From positions 29,202,001-29,266,000 of the forward strand of contig CM060734.1 of assembly GCA_030704615.1 (NCBI GenBank): 64,000 bases of DNA, given 5' to 3'. The notes under the pieces were generated by a model. The model worked only from the letters and a program-made list of their open reading frames with translations. It did no database searches and was not told where the DNA came from. This DNA is from Takakia lepidozioides. Taxonomy: Eukaryota > Plantae > Bryophyta. Positions 13,892-27,019 of this stretch are shown here, in pieces (the stretch's first letter is position 1; each line of letters starts with the position of its first letter). The translations under genes were made by a program, and so were the position numbers.

Positions 13892-14132
13892 CTTTCCCGG
13901 GGGGCTCCGATGCTAGGCGTGCCATCTCATCAGTTCGTATCAGGACTTTGTCCCTCCCTTCCCGGTCCTTTCTCTTGGCACCCCATCTGAAAACAACCCA
14001 AGTACATCAGGTGGGAGCCGTGGGCGAGACGCCGCCCCCACGGTACCGAACGATGATAACGATGACAGTGACAGTGACAGTGACAGTGACAACAACAATG
14101 AGCATGGAATTAACCAGGAGGATGTGTAAGCC

Positions 14133-14590
14133 ATGGAGGACCTCTTAATGCATCATGTGGGAGCTGATGCATCCCATGGAGAGGGAACCCGGCCAACCGA
14201 TGATCCTGAAATGGCCCCCTCAAATGACATGGAGAGGGAGGCGAGAACTCCCTTGTACGAAGGGGCGAAAGTGAGTCGACTTTCAACAATCTTACTTTTG
14301 CTCAATCTTCAAATTCGATTTGACATAAGTAATGTTGGGATGTCTGCCATAATGCAAACTATTGCGGACTGTATCCTTGCTCCCACTTGAAACCCAAGAT
14401 GCCACGGTCGTGGAAAGAGGCGCGCGAAGTCTTGGACTCTGTGGGGATGGGCTATAAGATTTTTCATGCATGTCCATGTGATGAAACCCTATACTACGGA
14501 GATGATTCGCGTCTCACCAAGTGTCCAAAGTGCAACAAAGACCGATATCGGGATGATGTCCAAGGGAAAAAAGTATCACGCAAGGTATAA
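14133..14590 (+). pseudogene. CACTA TnpD N-terminal fragment, opposite strand to the rest
   Basis: PLYEG..SRLS..LLLNL; MPRSWKEA..GMGYKIFHACPCDETLYY..CPKCNKDRY, the typical TnpD N-terminal Zn region. Confidence 0.85.
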
Positions 14591-15009
14591 GCGCCATTCC
14601 CCCTCGCGTGGTAATTATTTTCTTTTAACCTTCTCAATGCATGTAAAGTGTATTCCACAAAGTTTAGGGTTTAGAGAGTAGTACTCATGCAAGATCTGAT
14701 TGTGGCTTTGGAAGGAGTGAGTGAGGAGTGGAAGGAGCGACGTTCTGTTTTGACCATTCACGCCCAAATGAAGGAGAGGTTGCATAAAGGGAAAGACATA
14801 AGGTTGTTGTATTATGTGTGCTAATGGGATGATTACATGTGGGGGACGAACAAAGGAACATACGGGGTATATATTATAATGTGTCATTGCAACCATACAA
14901 CTTATTATAAGCAAAATGCAAACAACAACCTTCAATGTGTGCATGCATCAAATATGTCATTCAGTAATTAAATGTATGTGCGCAACGTCACGCATGTAAA
15001 GTTTCAAAC

Positions 15010-15750
15010 CCAAACAAAATCATTTGCCCCCCCAAGGACGCGTTCACCCTATCAACCAATTTTTGTTTATTAATGTGAAAGATAATCCTTTCATGCCATT
15101 GCACCCATCAAACGGATGTGGCTCAAGCTTCATTTTTTCCACATGTGCTTAAATATGTGTGCAACACCTGTGCAAAGATCCAGCAAAAAAAAAAAAAAAA
15201 CATTTGCCTCCCCAACGACGCACTCACCCTTGAACCAATTTTGAATTAAATCGAATTTATATTATTTAAAATAAATATTTACATTTAAAAAATATAGGAT
15301 TGCGGTTTTGAGGGGCGTAATGATTTGTTTTTTTGCTCTATTTTGTTCTGTGACATCAGGGTTTGCACCACTACGTCCATGCAAAATATTGGACAAACAA
15401 AAAATAAAAAAAATAAAAAAATCTAGGGTCACTTTTGCAGAACTCTCTATGAAGAGTGCATGAAGTTGAAAATAACTCAACTTTGGAGTGCAAATGAGAG
15501 AACAAAATATGGTTTTGGGTCCAAGTGACTTTTGTTTACTCCCAATTTTTGCACGCACATTGCATATGTTGTCATTAAGCATATGGCTTGAAAATGGAAT
15601 TTAAAAAAAAACATGTGTAGGCGAAACGCAATTTTCCGTCTCTACGACACGTAGCTGCGTTCAACACTATAATGACCCATTGAATGAACTTGGTTCAAGC
15701 TCATATTTTGTCCACATGTGCATAAGTATGTTCAGATCACATATGCAAAG
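15010..15750 (+). repeat. Diverged homolog of the ~985-bp satellite monomer inside the CACTA remnant
   Basis: Shared blocks such as ctctctatgaagagtgcatgaagt, tttggagtgcaaa, ggttttgggtccaa, gcacccat..aacggatgtgg and catttgcc..gacgc..tcacc. Confidence 0.85.
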
Positions 15751-15830
15751 TTGCAACCCACACGAATAACAAGAAAAATATTTACATCAATCGATTAATC
15801 GGATGTATACAAAGTATATCATGAGAATAT

Positions 15831-16340
15831 CTACAATGCCCCTCTACGCGATCCCTGTCTCAAAGGAACCCTATTTCTATCATACACATCCCACTCATGC
15901 TGTAACCGGAGGTCCCAATCATCCCAGGAGAACTCGTACGAGGCAAATAGCTCGCTGCCAGCCCTAATAGTCCTACTAGCACATGTCATGACAAACATGT
16001 GCATCCCCTCACAATATACCGACATATAACCACAAAAGCTCTCATGCCCATCGCTTCGCTCATCCCATACTACATTGGTTCTCCTAGGATGACCAAAAGA
16101 ACTGTTGATGAGCCCAGCAACATTGCCGAAGATATCGGGGTCACCATCACAAAATTTGATCTCAATGGGAGACAACCCCCGTCTACGTACATCCTGTCCG
16201 TTGACACACAAAATATAGGATAGGATGTAATATCATTGACCGTGAATAAACCCCGACCCATAGCAGGGTCAGTAGCGGCTCTCACAACATACCGTCTCCC
16301 CCAATACTCAAACTCCACATTCTCTCGGATGGGGGTAGGA
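15831..16340 (-). pseudogene. SET-domain (lysine methyltransferase-like) coding region, frameshifted
   Basis: MGRGLFTVNDI (motif I), DGDPDIFGNVAGLINSS (cf. RFINHSC), ASRTIRAGSELFASY (cf. GEELxxDY), in ORFs 16070-16756 and 15831-16211. Confidence 0.7.
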
Positions 16341-18249
16341 GGGTCGAGATGATTCCCCCAACAACGAGGCTGGACGGTCCTCAGTAACATAGTCCTATGC
16401 GCTTCCCATCGGGGGCGAGGAGGTGGTTGAGGATGCAATGCCGGAGGTGCAGCCGGGGGTACAAAGTCCGGATCAGGCAAAGAAACAGACCGGGGGGGGG
16501 GGGGGGGCGGCACAATCGGCCTGCAAGCTGCTACTGCATGTACGGCGCGGAGAATCATCAGATGAGGACACTGGATCAGGGAGACTTCCTGAGGAAAACC
16601 GAGGGGGGGGGGGGGGGGGGTAGGGCCTGCTTGTCGCCGGCCATAACGCCTACGACACCTACGATACCCCTCGACCCTACGCATCTCATCTACGTGGTGC
16701 TGGGGGAACCAACTGGTCACATTGAGCACAGGCTCTGGCACAAATTCTGTAAGCACACCGGCGCGAAATGCCTCCCGTGCAATGTGATTGCGAGCTTGGG
16801 CATCAAGTCATGGCTGCACCATGCGTAGTGTACGACGCATCAATACTTATGTCGTAATTTGGATTCATGTATGCTTACCAATCATACTACATTATTAGAT
16901 TCACCAATGTACTATAAATGAATGTTAATGAGAGGGGTGGGAAAAAGACCTCACCTTTGCCGCATCCGCAATCTTGTTCTTCTGTATGTTTTTCGACAAT
17001 ATGCGGTCGCCGCCTCGATGGTCTGGTGCCACCCGACGGTATCCATTCCCAACACTTAGTGCACCAACATTCAATCCTGTCGGGGGGGTCAAAAGTGGAC
17101 GTGGGTGGACGGGGTGACCCGCGAGGGGGCAACCCGCGGCGCGCCCGACTCAATCCCAGAGTATTAACATCCTCTGCAGCACCTGAAATTTGGCCTCGGT
17201 CCCTTCTACGATTGTGTCCGGCAGCCTGTATTGGAACAATGGGTGGCTCCTCGCCACGAAAAACGGTCGCTCTAGGGCCACAATCGATATGTGGTACTAC
17301 CCCCCCATCCTCGAGGGAGACGGGTCGATGTTTCCTCACCATCACATCCTAATTAACACACACCACCAGCACTTTCATTTCTCAAAAACCATTGGCGAAA
17401 AAACCCTATGTCGCTTTTCCACCCTACGACAGCAAGGGGTTGCTACGCCCCAACACCGGGAGGCCGTACCGACCCTGCAAAATATAAACTCCAAAACCTA
17501 GTATCAAGAAAATCCTATAAAGAAAAAAGCAAATCCCAAAAAGACCAGTCCCACATTGCCTAAGGGCATGGGCCTTTGCCTCAGCCTCAGGACTTTCAAA
17601 ATTGGTAAATAAAGGCGGAGCATCCCTATGGTGCTAGAGAGCCCAAGACAATAAATCTTTCCTCACGTTCTATCTTCAGGATGCCCACGCCATGGAAAAT
17701 TTTACTGAGACCCAGCGCTTTGCGCTTATCAGATTGAACCCAGATTTTGGATATGTGAATCCTAATTACACCGTTTATCCTTTCAACCCCAAGACCCACA
17801 ACCAAAACCGCCAATCCAAAACCCAGCACCATAAAGAAAAACAAACACCCTACCTCAGTACCATATAAAAAATAAATAAATAAAAATAAAAACTAAGAAC
17901 CCCAAAAGGCCCTAAACCTAAACCCAAAAAGGCCGGCCGTCACAGCCTGCGACACCCACGCGTCGCATTTTGCGATGCGTTTTTTTCAATTTTTCAGGCC
18001 AGGGGTCGCATGCCGCGACAGAAAGCCGTCACAGGCGGCGACGTGTTTTTTTTTAATTTGTGAGGCCGGGGGTCGCAAGCAGCGACGTCCTGCCGTCGCA
18101 AATACCATGTTTACATTTCAAAAAAAAAGGCGGGGCGTTGGCGTGCGACGGCCGGTCATCGCACGTAGGTGTCGCGCCCTTTTTTTTTCCTAAGTGCTTG
18201 AAGCACCTCCTTCCCCTCCCATTTTCGTTTGTTCTTTGGGAGAGAAGGA

Positions 18250-19600
18250 GTTCAGAGAGTGGGGTTTACCATGGTACGTACGTGTTGCGTAGGTGTAGAA
18301 CCAGATAGATGGAATTCTGTTTTTGTATCCGCATCCCGAAAATCATGAAACCTCTTGGCACTGTCACATAGACAATCTAGTGAGTGAATCAGGTCTTGCA
18401 TAAAGCAAAAATCACGGAAAACAGCAGCAGGCTGATAGTATTCAGAGCTGCTTTGTTTATGATATGTCCATCCAAAGACTATCTCATCGATGAGAATAGC
18501 CAAGTCATTTTGTCCAAATTCCAAAAAAGCTTCTTTTATCAGTTCCTAGGGTTTATCCACTCCCATACCACGGTTTGGGTACAACATATGAATGAATCCC
18601 CAAGGGAGCAGGTTTTGCTGCCTGTTTATGAATTTCCTGCCATGGGCATGAGTTTCAATTTGTCTACAACCATCCTCCAAGACCAAACAACGCATCTGCA
18701 CATGCAAAGTAAGAACATACAAAAAATGAGATTTTTTAAAGATCTGTCCATGATCCAAAATCTCGTTTGCGTATTGGGGAGAACTCGTCAGTGATACGAC
18801 GAGTCTTGTATGACTCCTGGCTGGCGATGTTGATGGTGGTACTGGAATTAGCACCCGAACCCCCAAGTGATGACCGATTCGTTGCTCTTGAATTCTCAGA
18901 GGTGTTGGTAGAGTATTGCCCCCTGCCAGAGCGTCTTCCTCTTTGGTAGAGACCTCTTCCACGACCAGGGGTACCTCTGCCTTGAGTGGCATTGTCTTGC
19001 CTTGTGAGGAGGCGTCTGCCCCGCCACGTTGCTACCGTTGTAGCTGTTGAATTGTGGCCTGGGAAGGCTGTCTGAAAAAGACCCAGGTTTCATAAGTTTT
19101 AATGTATCTGGCCCCCTTGGATTCTCCTAACTTCCCAAGCAACTTGGCTTGGGGGTCAATTGAGAATCACAAGCTGCTTCCATTATGAAGCCCCGGGTCA
19201 TCTGGAAGGTAATTTTGCAAGAACGGCAGATCTGGCAGCCCGCATGATCCATACCAGAAAGCTATAATACTTGGTTTGCAACCGAAGGATGGCATCATCA
19301 GGGAGAACACAATCAGATTGTTTCAGCATATACCATAACCATATGGTCAAACCAGCAACACTCCCTCCATGCAAGAAGAGGGTGCCCCTCCTTGTCCACA
19401 GTTACATCTTATGTAGGGACGATGCCAGTTGAAGAGTTGACTCTTGTGATTTTTTGGATCTGGCCGAACCAGTCGGCAAGTCATTTTTGGTCCTCAGGGT
19501 AAGGTTCTCACCTTTGTCACAGAGCTTGTAGTAGAAAGGTCCTTAGTGGCCATGCCACAGCAATAGGTTCCTTTTTTATTCTCTGAAAACCCTCCTTAGC
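18250..19600 (-). pseudogene. Decayed Cys/Trp-rich ORF, probably the 5' part of the Penelope-like element ORF
   Basis: Homologous to 33300-34413 (FYYKLCDKG..LTLRTKND..HKSQL.NWHRPY.RCNCG; KPGSFSDSLP.P.FNSY; RG-rich). Lies downstream of an inverted long-repeat copy. Confidence 0.5.
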
Positions 19601-20794
19601 ATCATGTGCACACCTACTGCGTTCAGCACGAGTTATGTTGCCCCATTTGACCCACATTTAAATAGAAATGGGTGCCAATAAATTGATATTAGCATGTGGG
19701 TGCCTCTTGCCGCTTCAAAACTGCCAGCATACGGATGCAGACCTGCTTCCTTGGCTCCATGAGGATCTACTTCTGCTCCTTACCTTTTTTGTGGTTTCTT
19801 GCAACCATATCTACATGGCAGGAGGTAGGGCAGACACGAGAACTCATGGAATACAATTCTACCGATTTATTCTACTGTTTTTTTCATGTTTCAATGCGGG
19901 TATAATGTAGCGGTCGGTACCTTGGCTGCACTGAAATTTCGGCTCTACAATGAAACCTCTTGGCTGGTTATTACGACGGACTGTTGTGCCTTACTAGACA
20001 ACACACATTCTGCAAGACCTTCATTTCACTTTGATTTCATATGATGGACTGCAAACAGGGGTTTTTGAATTACCTTTCTACCCTGGCAGAGCTGTTCTTA
20101 AGATTTCCAGGAGTGGCACCTGCTGTCCTTTCTTGTTCCACTTGTGAGATTTCTATTTGTTCACAGAATCTCTCTCACTGCCTCTTTTTCTTCATCCGGT
20201 AAAATCAAATGTGCCCAAGGTTGGGTGATTACTTACAGAAGCGAAGTCTTTTCAGAGTGTTTTTTAGATTTCTTCTCTGCTCTGCGTGACAGTCTGTCAT
20301 CTTCTGGGTTCGCCATTCTAAGAGCTGCTCAATGGCTTGATCCCTTCTTTTCCCATTGTATCAGCTCCTCGGCATCATCTTCCAGTACCTCAATCATTTT
20401 TATTGAATTCCTGGAGCTTCTTCTCCAGGTAACCTGCCATTTTTTTGCCATGCCATGCACAAGTGCAACCCAATTTTCCAAAGCCAAGGTTCAAGTAATA
20501 ACACGGGGTTTTCATCACCCTGATTTTCCACAAGCCTCAGTATCCATCTTTTGCAATGCAGCATGGAATCACTTGGTGTGACTTGTGCTAGGGTTTCCTG
20601 CACAGCAGGAATTGGAGGAGGTAGTGGGGACTGATACCCAGGGCTATGAGGTCTCATTCCAGCTAGGACCTCCTTTGGTGACTTTCTGTCAAAGCCCCCC
20701 GAGAACATTTGTCAATATAACAAAATGAGAAGGTGGAAAGGAGAAAGGTAAGGGTAGATGGTGTGTACAAAAACCACTAAGTACACTGATCAAA

Positions 20795-22500
20795 TAAAGA
20801 GAGGGAAGATTACATGTCATGTCAAGACATGGACAAGACCGCTAAGTTCATTGTCATTGAAAGACAAAACAGCCCTTTACAGGGCACCATCTAACATTCT
20901 CTTTCATGTTTACAATCTCATTTGAATACCCAATTAACATTTCAGGGTCTTCTGAAAAAACAGGGCGGGAGGGTGGGATTCCAGGTCAATTCATATCATG
21001 AAGGCACCATAGTACACATCAGCATCTCAAGATCCAGTTTAAACTCATTTTCAAAACGATTAGGTTTTGTTTGAAGATGATGTTTTAGAACCAAGATATA
21101 AGCAGATTCTTAAAAGGAAGAGAACACCGTGTAGAAGAGCCCCCTAAGCAGGTATAGGCCTAGAATGTATTTTAAGGCCACATAAAGTAGTTCTGCCAAG
21201 GTGAAAGAGCATCTCAGAAACCCCAGTTTTGTTATCAAGCCATGAACCCAAAATGATATGAGGGCCTTGAGAATGCTGTGTTATCTATCAAAGCCTATCC
21301 TTTTGATCCATCAGAGTCATACCAAAGTTTCTTCATTTCAGAGCCAAGTATATCTTGTATCCTTCATAGCTTAAACTCCTACACATGCAAATGTGGTTGT
21401 AAAAACCGTAACGGGGTAAGGGAGAAAGCAGATCCTCATTGGAGCAATCTTGGAGCAGGTCTGAAGCGGCATGGTGGCAGTTTGAAACAGCAGATGGCAT
21501 CAGCAGCTTGGCAGCAGCATGATCCACACTTGCGAGAAGAGGAACTGCAAGCTTCAAGAAATCAAGACAAGTGAAGACCCTCACTCACCCCTTGCCCGTC
21601 CCAAACCACCACATAGCGATGTGTGTTTTAGTGAGGATGCAGCAGGTAAGTGGCAGGTCTTCACAGTTGCTATCCATGTCAGTTTGAATTCTAAAGCAAG
21701 TACATCACAATTCAAGCAATGGTAAACTCAAAAAACCTTGAGTGTTTGTGGTATGCCCTACGCCATGGCGTCCAACAGATTGTCTCCAACAGAACGCAAT
21801 CAGAGTAGAAGCGTTCACAGCTAGAGAGTGGCTCATACACGAAGAGAGAGCAACAAGTAATCTTTAGATAAATAGGGATAGAGTACTTCTCCCACAAGGA
21901 GTAAAAGCGCGCTGCAAAATAAAGAACCATGAGTTCCTGATCAGAGCAATCACGGCTTTGTCGTCTGCCATAGAAGAATCTGTTTAACCACCACACTGCG
22001 CATCCCAAGAGCCAGCAATCACGAGTACCATGTAGCAGCAGGGGAGCAGGTTTTTATACGGCGCATCATCAAGGTTCACTGAAGCACGAGTTCAGTGCTT
22101 GAAGTGTGTCGGCTTGCTTAGGGCAAACTTCCCGATTTTTCATCCAGGATGGATGAAATATCACATTTTACCAAGATAGGCTTTTTGCACTGGATGACAT
22201 CCCATAGAAATGTATCTTTTAGGGTTATGGTATAGGTTTAGGTTTAATAACTGCCATCATTTATGATGGTAGTTTTATTATTCTCTTGGATTTTATAATA
22301 GGTAACCATTATTTATGTAGATCATCCATTTAGGATGAAAAAATTATGGTAACTCTAGCTTCCTGTATATTAAGTTCTCATCATCCAATAAAATAAAATC
22401 ATCCAGATTGGATGAAAAGGCAAGGATGAAAAACTAAATCCCTCAAAAAGGTTAAGGCCGATGACATCCAAAGAGTTTATAGAGGGAGAGGGAGAGAGGG
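20795..22500 (-). repeat. Inverted copy of the ~1.75-kb pLTR-like unit
   Basis: Reverse complement of 29060-30805 along its length. Confidence 0.85.
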
Positions 22501-22739
22501 AGAGAGGGAGAGAGAGACGGGAGGCCTAGTGAGAAGAGGGGCAACCAAGGAAAAAAAAAAAAAAGTAGGGGGGGGAGTGACTGAGCAGAAGCTGCTCATC
22601 ACACCCCCCCCCCTCCCCCATTTTTTTGTTTTTGTTTTCCTGATCTCTCCCTCTCACTCCCCTCTCTCTGTCCCTCTCTCTCCCTCTCTCTCTCCCTCTC
22701 TCTCCCTCTCTTTGTGGTCTGCTCTCTTTTAAGCTCCCG

Positions 22740-24030
22740 ACGAGATTGAATTTAAGTCAGATGGGGGGTCACTACAGTATAATGTCCAAACACCAGATTC
22801 CTAAGTTAATCACTCTATATTTTGGAAATAGGACCGCCCACCGCCTTGTCAAACAGGCTAAGTCCTGGCAGAAGAGAGTAGAAGAGATTCTCAAGGACCT
22901 GGACGTGGAACCGCAAGTCTTCAGCCTGCTGGATAAATCTGAACTTAGAGGCTATAGTTTCCAAACCATGTCTGTTGCCATGAGATTGTCCTGATGACAA
23001 TGAAGTTAGTAGAAAACTTCCTTGAACTGTTTTCCAATCTGTGACATGGGGGAGGATATCTGGGAGGACCTCTCGGCACTAGACTGAAATTTAACTCGGG
23101 GTAGGACCTACCTTTTGAACACAAACAGAAGCAGAGAGGAAAGGAGAGTGCAATTGCCCGGCAACCTGAAGACAATATTCATTTTCTGATACACTGTCCA
23201 AGGTTCTCTCACCAAAAAGACGCTCTCTTCAAATCTATCAATGGAATTGTGCTTGCACCTCTGTTTACCAACTTTGAAAGTCTTGAGGCTGAGCCAAAAG
23301 TCCAGCCCCTTCTGAGGCCTAGTTTTTGGGCAAATCACACACAGCAGATTGATGCTTGTGTGAAGGGATTTCTAGAGGATATCTGGAAAACCCGGATTAA
23401 TTCTAAGTTAGGTTAATTCTAATTCTAAGTTAAGTATCCAGTTAAGTATCCAGTATCCAGTTAGTTAATTCTAATTCTAAGTTAAGTATCCTAAGTTAAT
23501 CGACTCTATATCTTGGAAACAGGACCGCCCTGTCAAGCAGGCTAAGCCCTGGCAGAAGAGAGTAGAAGAGATTCTCAAGGATCTGAATCTGGACCCGCAA
23601 GTCTTGACCTTGCTGGATAAATCTGACTTAGAGAGTATAGTGTCCAAAGCCATGACTGTTACCAGAAAATTGTCCGATGAAAATGAAGTTAGGAAGAAAA
23701 CTTCCCTGAACCTGTTTCCAGTCTGTGACATGGGGGAGGACATCATGGATGTGCTCAAGGGTCTACCCCACTCTCGGGACCAGACTGAAATTTAAACTCA
23801 GGGCAGGAAGCCTACCTTTGAACACTAAACAGAAGCAGAGAGGAAATGGAGAGTGCAATTGCCCGTTGTGTGGGCAACCTGAAGACAATATTCATTTTCT
23901 GATACACTATCCGGGGTTCTCTCACCAAAGAGACGCTCTCTTCAAATCTATCAAGGGAATTGTGCCTGTACCTCTGTTTACCAACTATGAAAGTCTTGAG
24001 GCTGAGCCAAAAGCCCAGCCCCTTCTCCTC
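22740..24030 (+). pseudogene. Two tandem 3' fragments of a LINE ORF2 (CCHC knuckle)
   Basis: GTRLKFKLRAGSLPLN...NCPLCGQPEDNIHFLIH in both 22790-23400 and 23485-24030, separated by a TTCTAAGTTA-type microsatellite. Confidence 0.7.
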
Positions 24031-24089
24031 AGTAACTCTTCCCCCCCCCCCCCACACATTTTTTTTTTTTTTTTTTTTTTTTTGGTTTC

Positions 24090-24129
<40 letters not shown>

Positions 24130-24133
<4 letters not shown>

Positions 24134-26580
24134 TCCCTCTATAACTCTTTGGATTTCATTTGGCCTTAACCTTTTGAGGTTATTTAGTTTTTCATCCCAA
24201 CCTTTTTCATCCAAATCTGGATGATATTATTTATAGGATGATGAAACTTAATGTACAGAAAGCTTGGTTTACCATCTATTTCTTTCATCTAAACTGGATG
24301 AACTACATGAATAATGGTTACCTATTTTAAAATCCAAGAGATAATAAAACTACCATCATAAATGATGGCAGTTATTAAACCTAAGCCTATACCATAACCC
24401 TAAAAGATACCTTTTTATTGGATGTCATCCATTGACAATGTGCTTCTCTTGATAAAATGTGATTTTTCATCCACCCTGGATGAGAAATCGGGAAGTTATG
24501 CCCTAAGCACGCCGACACATTTCACAGCACTGAACTCGTGCTTCAGTGAACCTTGATGATGCGCGTAAACCTGCTCCCCTGCTGCTACATGATACTCGTG
24601 ATGGCTGGCTCTTGGGATGCGCATTGGGTTAGGCAGATTCATCTCTGGCAGACGACAAGCGATGATCGCTTTGCTCAGAAACTCATGGTTCTTTATTTTG
24701 TAGCGGCGCTTTTACTCCTCGTTGGGAAATACTCTATCCCTATTTATATACAGATTACATGTTGCTCTCTTCTTGTATGAGCCATTCTCTATCTGTGAAC
24801 GCTTCTACTTTGATTGCGTTCTGTTGGAGACGATCTGTTGGACGCCATGCGCAGGGCATACCACAAACACTCAAGGTTTTTTGAGTTTACCCTTGCTTGA
24901 ATTGTGATCTGTACATGCTTTAGAATTCAACACTGACATGGATAGCAACTTTGAAGACCCGCCACTCACCTTGCTGCATCCTCACTAACACACATCGCTA
25001 TGTGGTGGTTTTTGGGACGGGCACAGGTGAGGGTCTTCACTTGTCTTGATTTCTTGAAGCTTGCAGCTCCTGTTCTTGCAAATGTGGATACTGCTGCTGA
25101 TGCCATTTGCTGCTTCAAACTGCCACCATGCCGCTTCAGACCTGCTCCAAGATGGCTCCAATGAGGATCTGCTTCTCTCCTTACCCCTGTTTCTGGTTTT
25201 TTACAACCACATTTGCATGTGTAGGAGTTAAGCTATGAAGGGTACAAGGGTACAAAATAGCAGTTATTACTCTGACTGCTTTGATACTTGGCTCTGAAAT
25301 GAAAACTTCTTGGTATGACTTTGATGGATCAAAAGGATAAGCTTTGATAGATAAACACACATTCTTCAAGGCCCTCATATCATTTTGGTTTCATGGCTTG
25401 ATAACAAACAGGGGTTTCTGAGCTGCTCTTTCACCTTGGCAGAGCTATTTTATGAGGCCTTAAAATACCATTCCAGGCCTATACCTGCTTAAGGGGGCTC
25501 AACCCTGTTGTTTCTTGCTTGTATCTTGGTTCTGAAACATCAACTTCAAACCAGTACTGTTTCTTAGGGAAGTGAAATGCTCAAGACCTGGATTTTGTTT
25601 GCCTTGGCCCGCTAAAGACTCTCAATTTAAAGGCCTGGCTGCAGGCAGGGTTCTTCTGAGTTCTTTGTTAACTCAGATCTTTGGAGGTTCTAGAATACCA
25701 CTCAAGACCTAGATCTTGTTTTGGAACACTCAACCTTGCATAGGTTTCTTGTTTACTGCTTGTGGTTTGGCATTGATACATCACCAAACTAGCTTGGAAT
25801 GAAACCTCTCAGCTTGACTCTGTTGTGTCAAACAGGTACGCCTTGTTTAGGGAACACACACACTCATTATGGCTCTCATAGCAGTATGAAGATGAGGGCT
25901 GATAGCAGGCAAATTTGGGATAATTTGCCTTGCTTCTGTTCTATGATTCCTGCTTGTGACACGACACTGAAACGTCACCTTCAGGCCAGCAATAGCCTCT
26001 AGGGATAAGACTTGTTCAAAACCTGGATGTTGGCATGCAGCCTCATGATATATACCATGTCTTGAACCATGCCAATAGGGCAAGAGGAAACATGATGTAA
26101 ACCAGCAAATGCTTAAGGCATATTTTGTTTGACTGTTCAAAGTCAACTTGAATTGTTTTTTAGCATGAGTCTTGAGGAATGTCCCAAGACCTACAATCTG
26201 GTTTTCACAACTTGTTTTGCTAAGGTGTTGTGTCTACTTGCAAATACTTAAGGCATGAATGGCTGGCTGTTTCAACTTGAAGTGCTATGAGCTTGATTCT
26301 GGGAAATATCCCCAAACCTGCCATCTGGTTTTTGAAATGAGTTTGAAATGAGTTTTTGAAATGATGGTGCAAACTATGGTGCTTTCATGATATGATTGAC
26401 CTGGAATCCCACCCTCCCACCCTGTTTTTTCAGAGACCCTGAAATGTAATGGGGTATTCAAATGAGATTGTAAACAAAGGGAATGTTAGATGGTGCCCTG
26501 TAAAGGGCTGTTGTTTTGTCTTTCAATGACAATGACCTTAGCGGTCTTGTCCATGTCTTGACATGACATGTATATTTCTC
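24130..26580 (+). repeat. 5' direct repeat (pLTR-like unit) with a ~760-bp insertion at ~25553-26311
   Basis: Near-identical to 29060-30805 apart from the insertion. Confidence 0.9.
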
Positions 26581-27019
26581 TCTCTCTCTCACTCACTTTT
26601 GGTGTGACATACAAGTTATGGACAACTCTCGACATCTTTCCCTTGATCCCACATGACAAGACAGAGTCATAGACCATCTCCCCACCCTGACCTACCTTTG
26701 CTGTTGCGGCTGCTGCTATTGTTGGTGCTTCAAGCGCGCTACTGCCGTGCTGTCGCTGCTGCCAACGGCGCGGGTCCCTGCTGCTACAGGGCCTCTCTCC
26801 CCCGCTCACCATGGCTCTCTCTCTCTTCAGCTCGTTTAGATCCTGCCTATGCGCGGCGTTTCTACCACATAGGGGAGAGAGAGGTCAGCCCGTGCTTAGG
26901 GCAAGAGAGCAAGATAAAAAGTGAGGGAAGAGGCGGTGCTTACCTTGGGCGTTGGAGCGGTGTTGGGGCAAACTCCTCTCCACCTTGCGACCACCTCGGG
27001 CTCAGCAGCAGGTGCGTTT

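Larger units (their letters stand above)
12230..18196. mobile_element. Rearranged CACTA/EnSpm transposon remnant
   Basis: TnpD fragments, subterminal GCGAC/GTCGC repeats at 17935-18180, and terminus ...ttttcctaagtg (reverse complement CACTTAGGAAAA) at 18196. Confidence 0.75.

Noticed and set aside
22480-24145. Poly-C/T/G runs and (CT)n/(GA)n tracts
   Set aside because: Simple sequence at retroelement junctions; no further structure.
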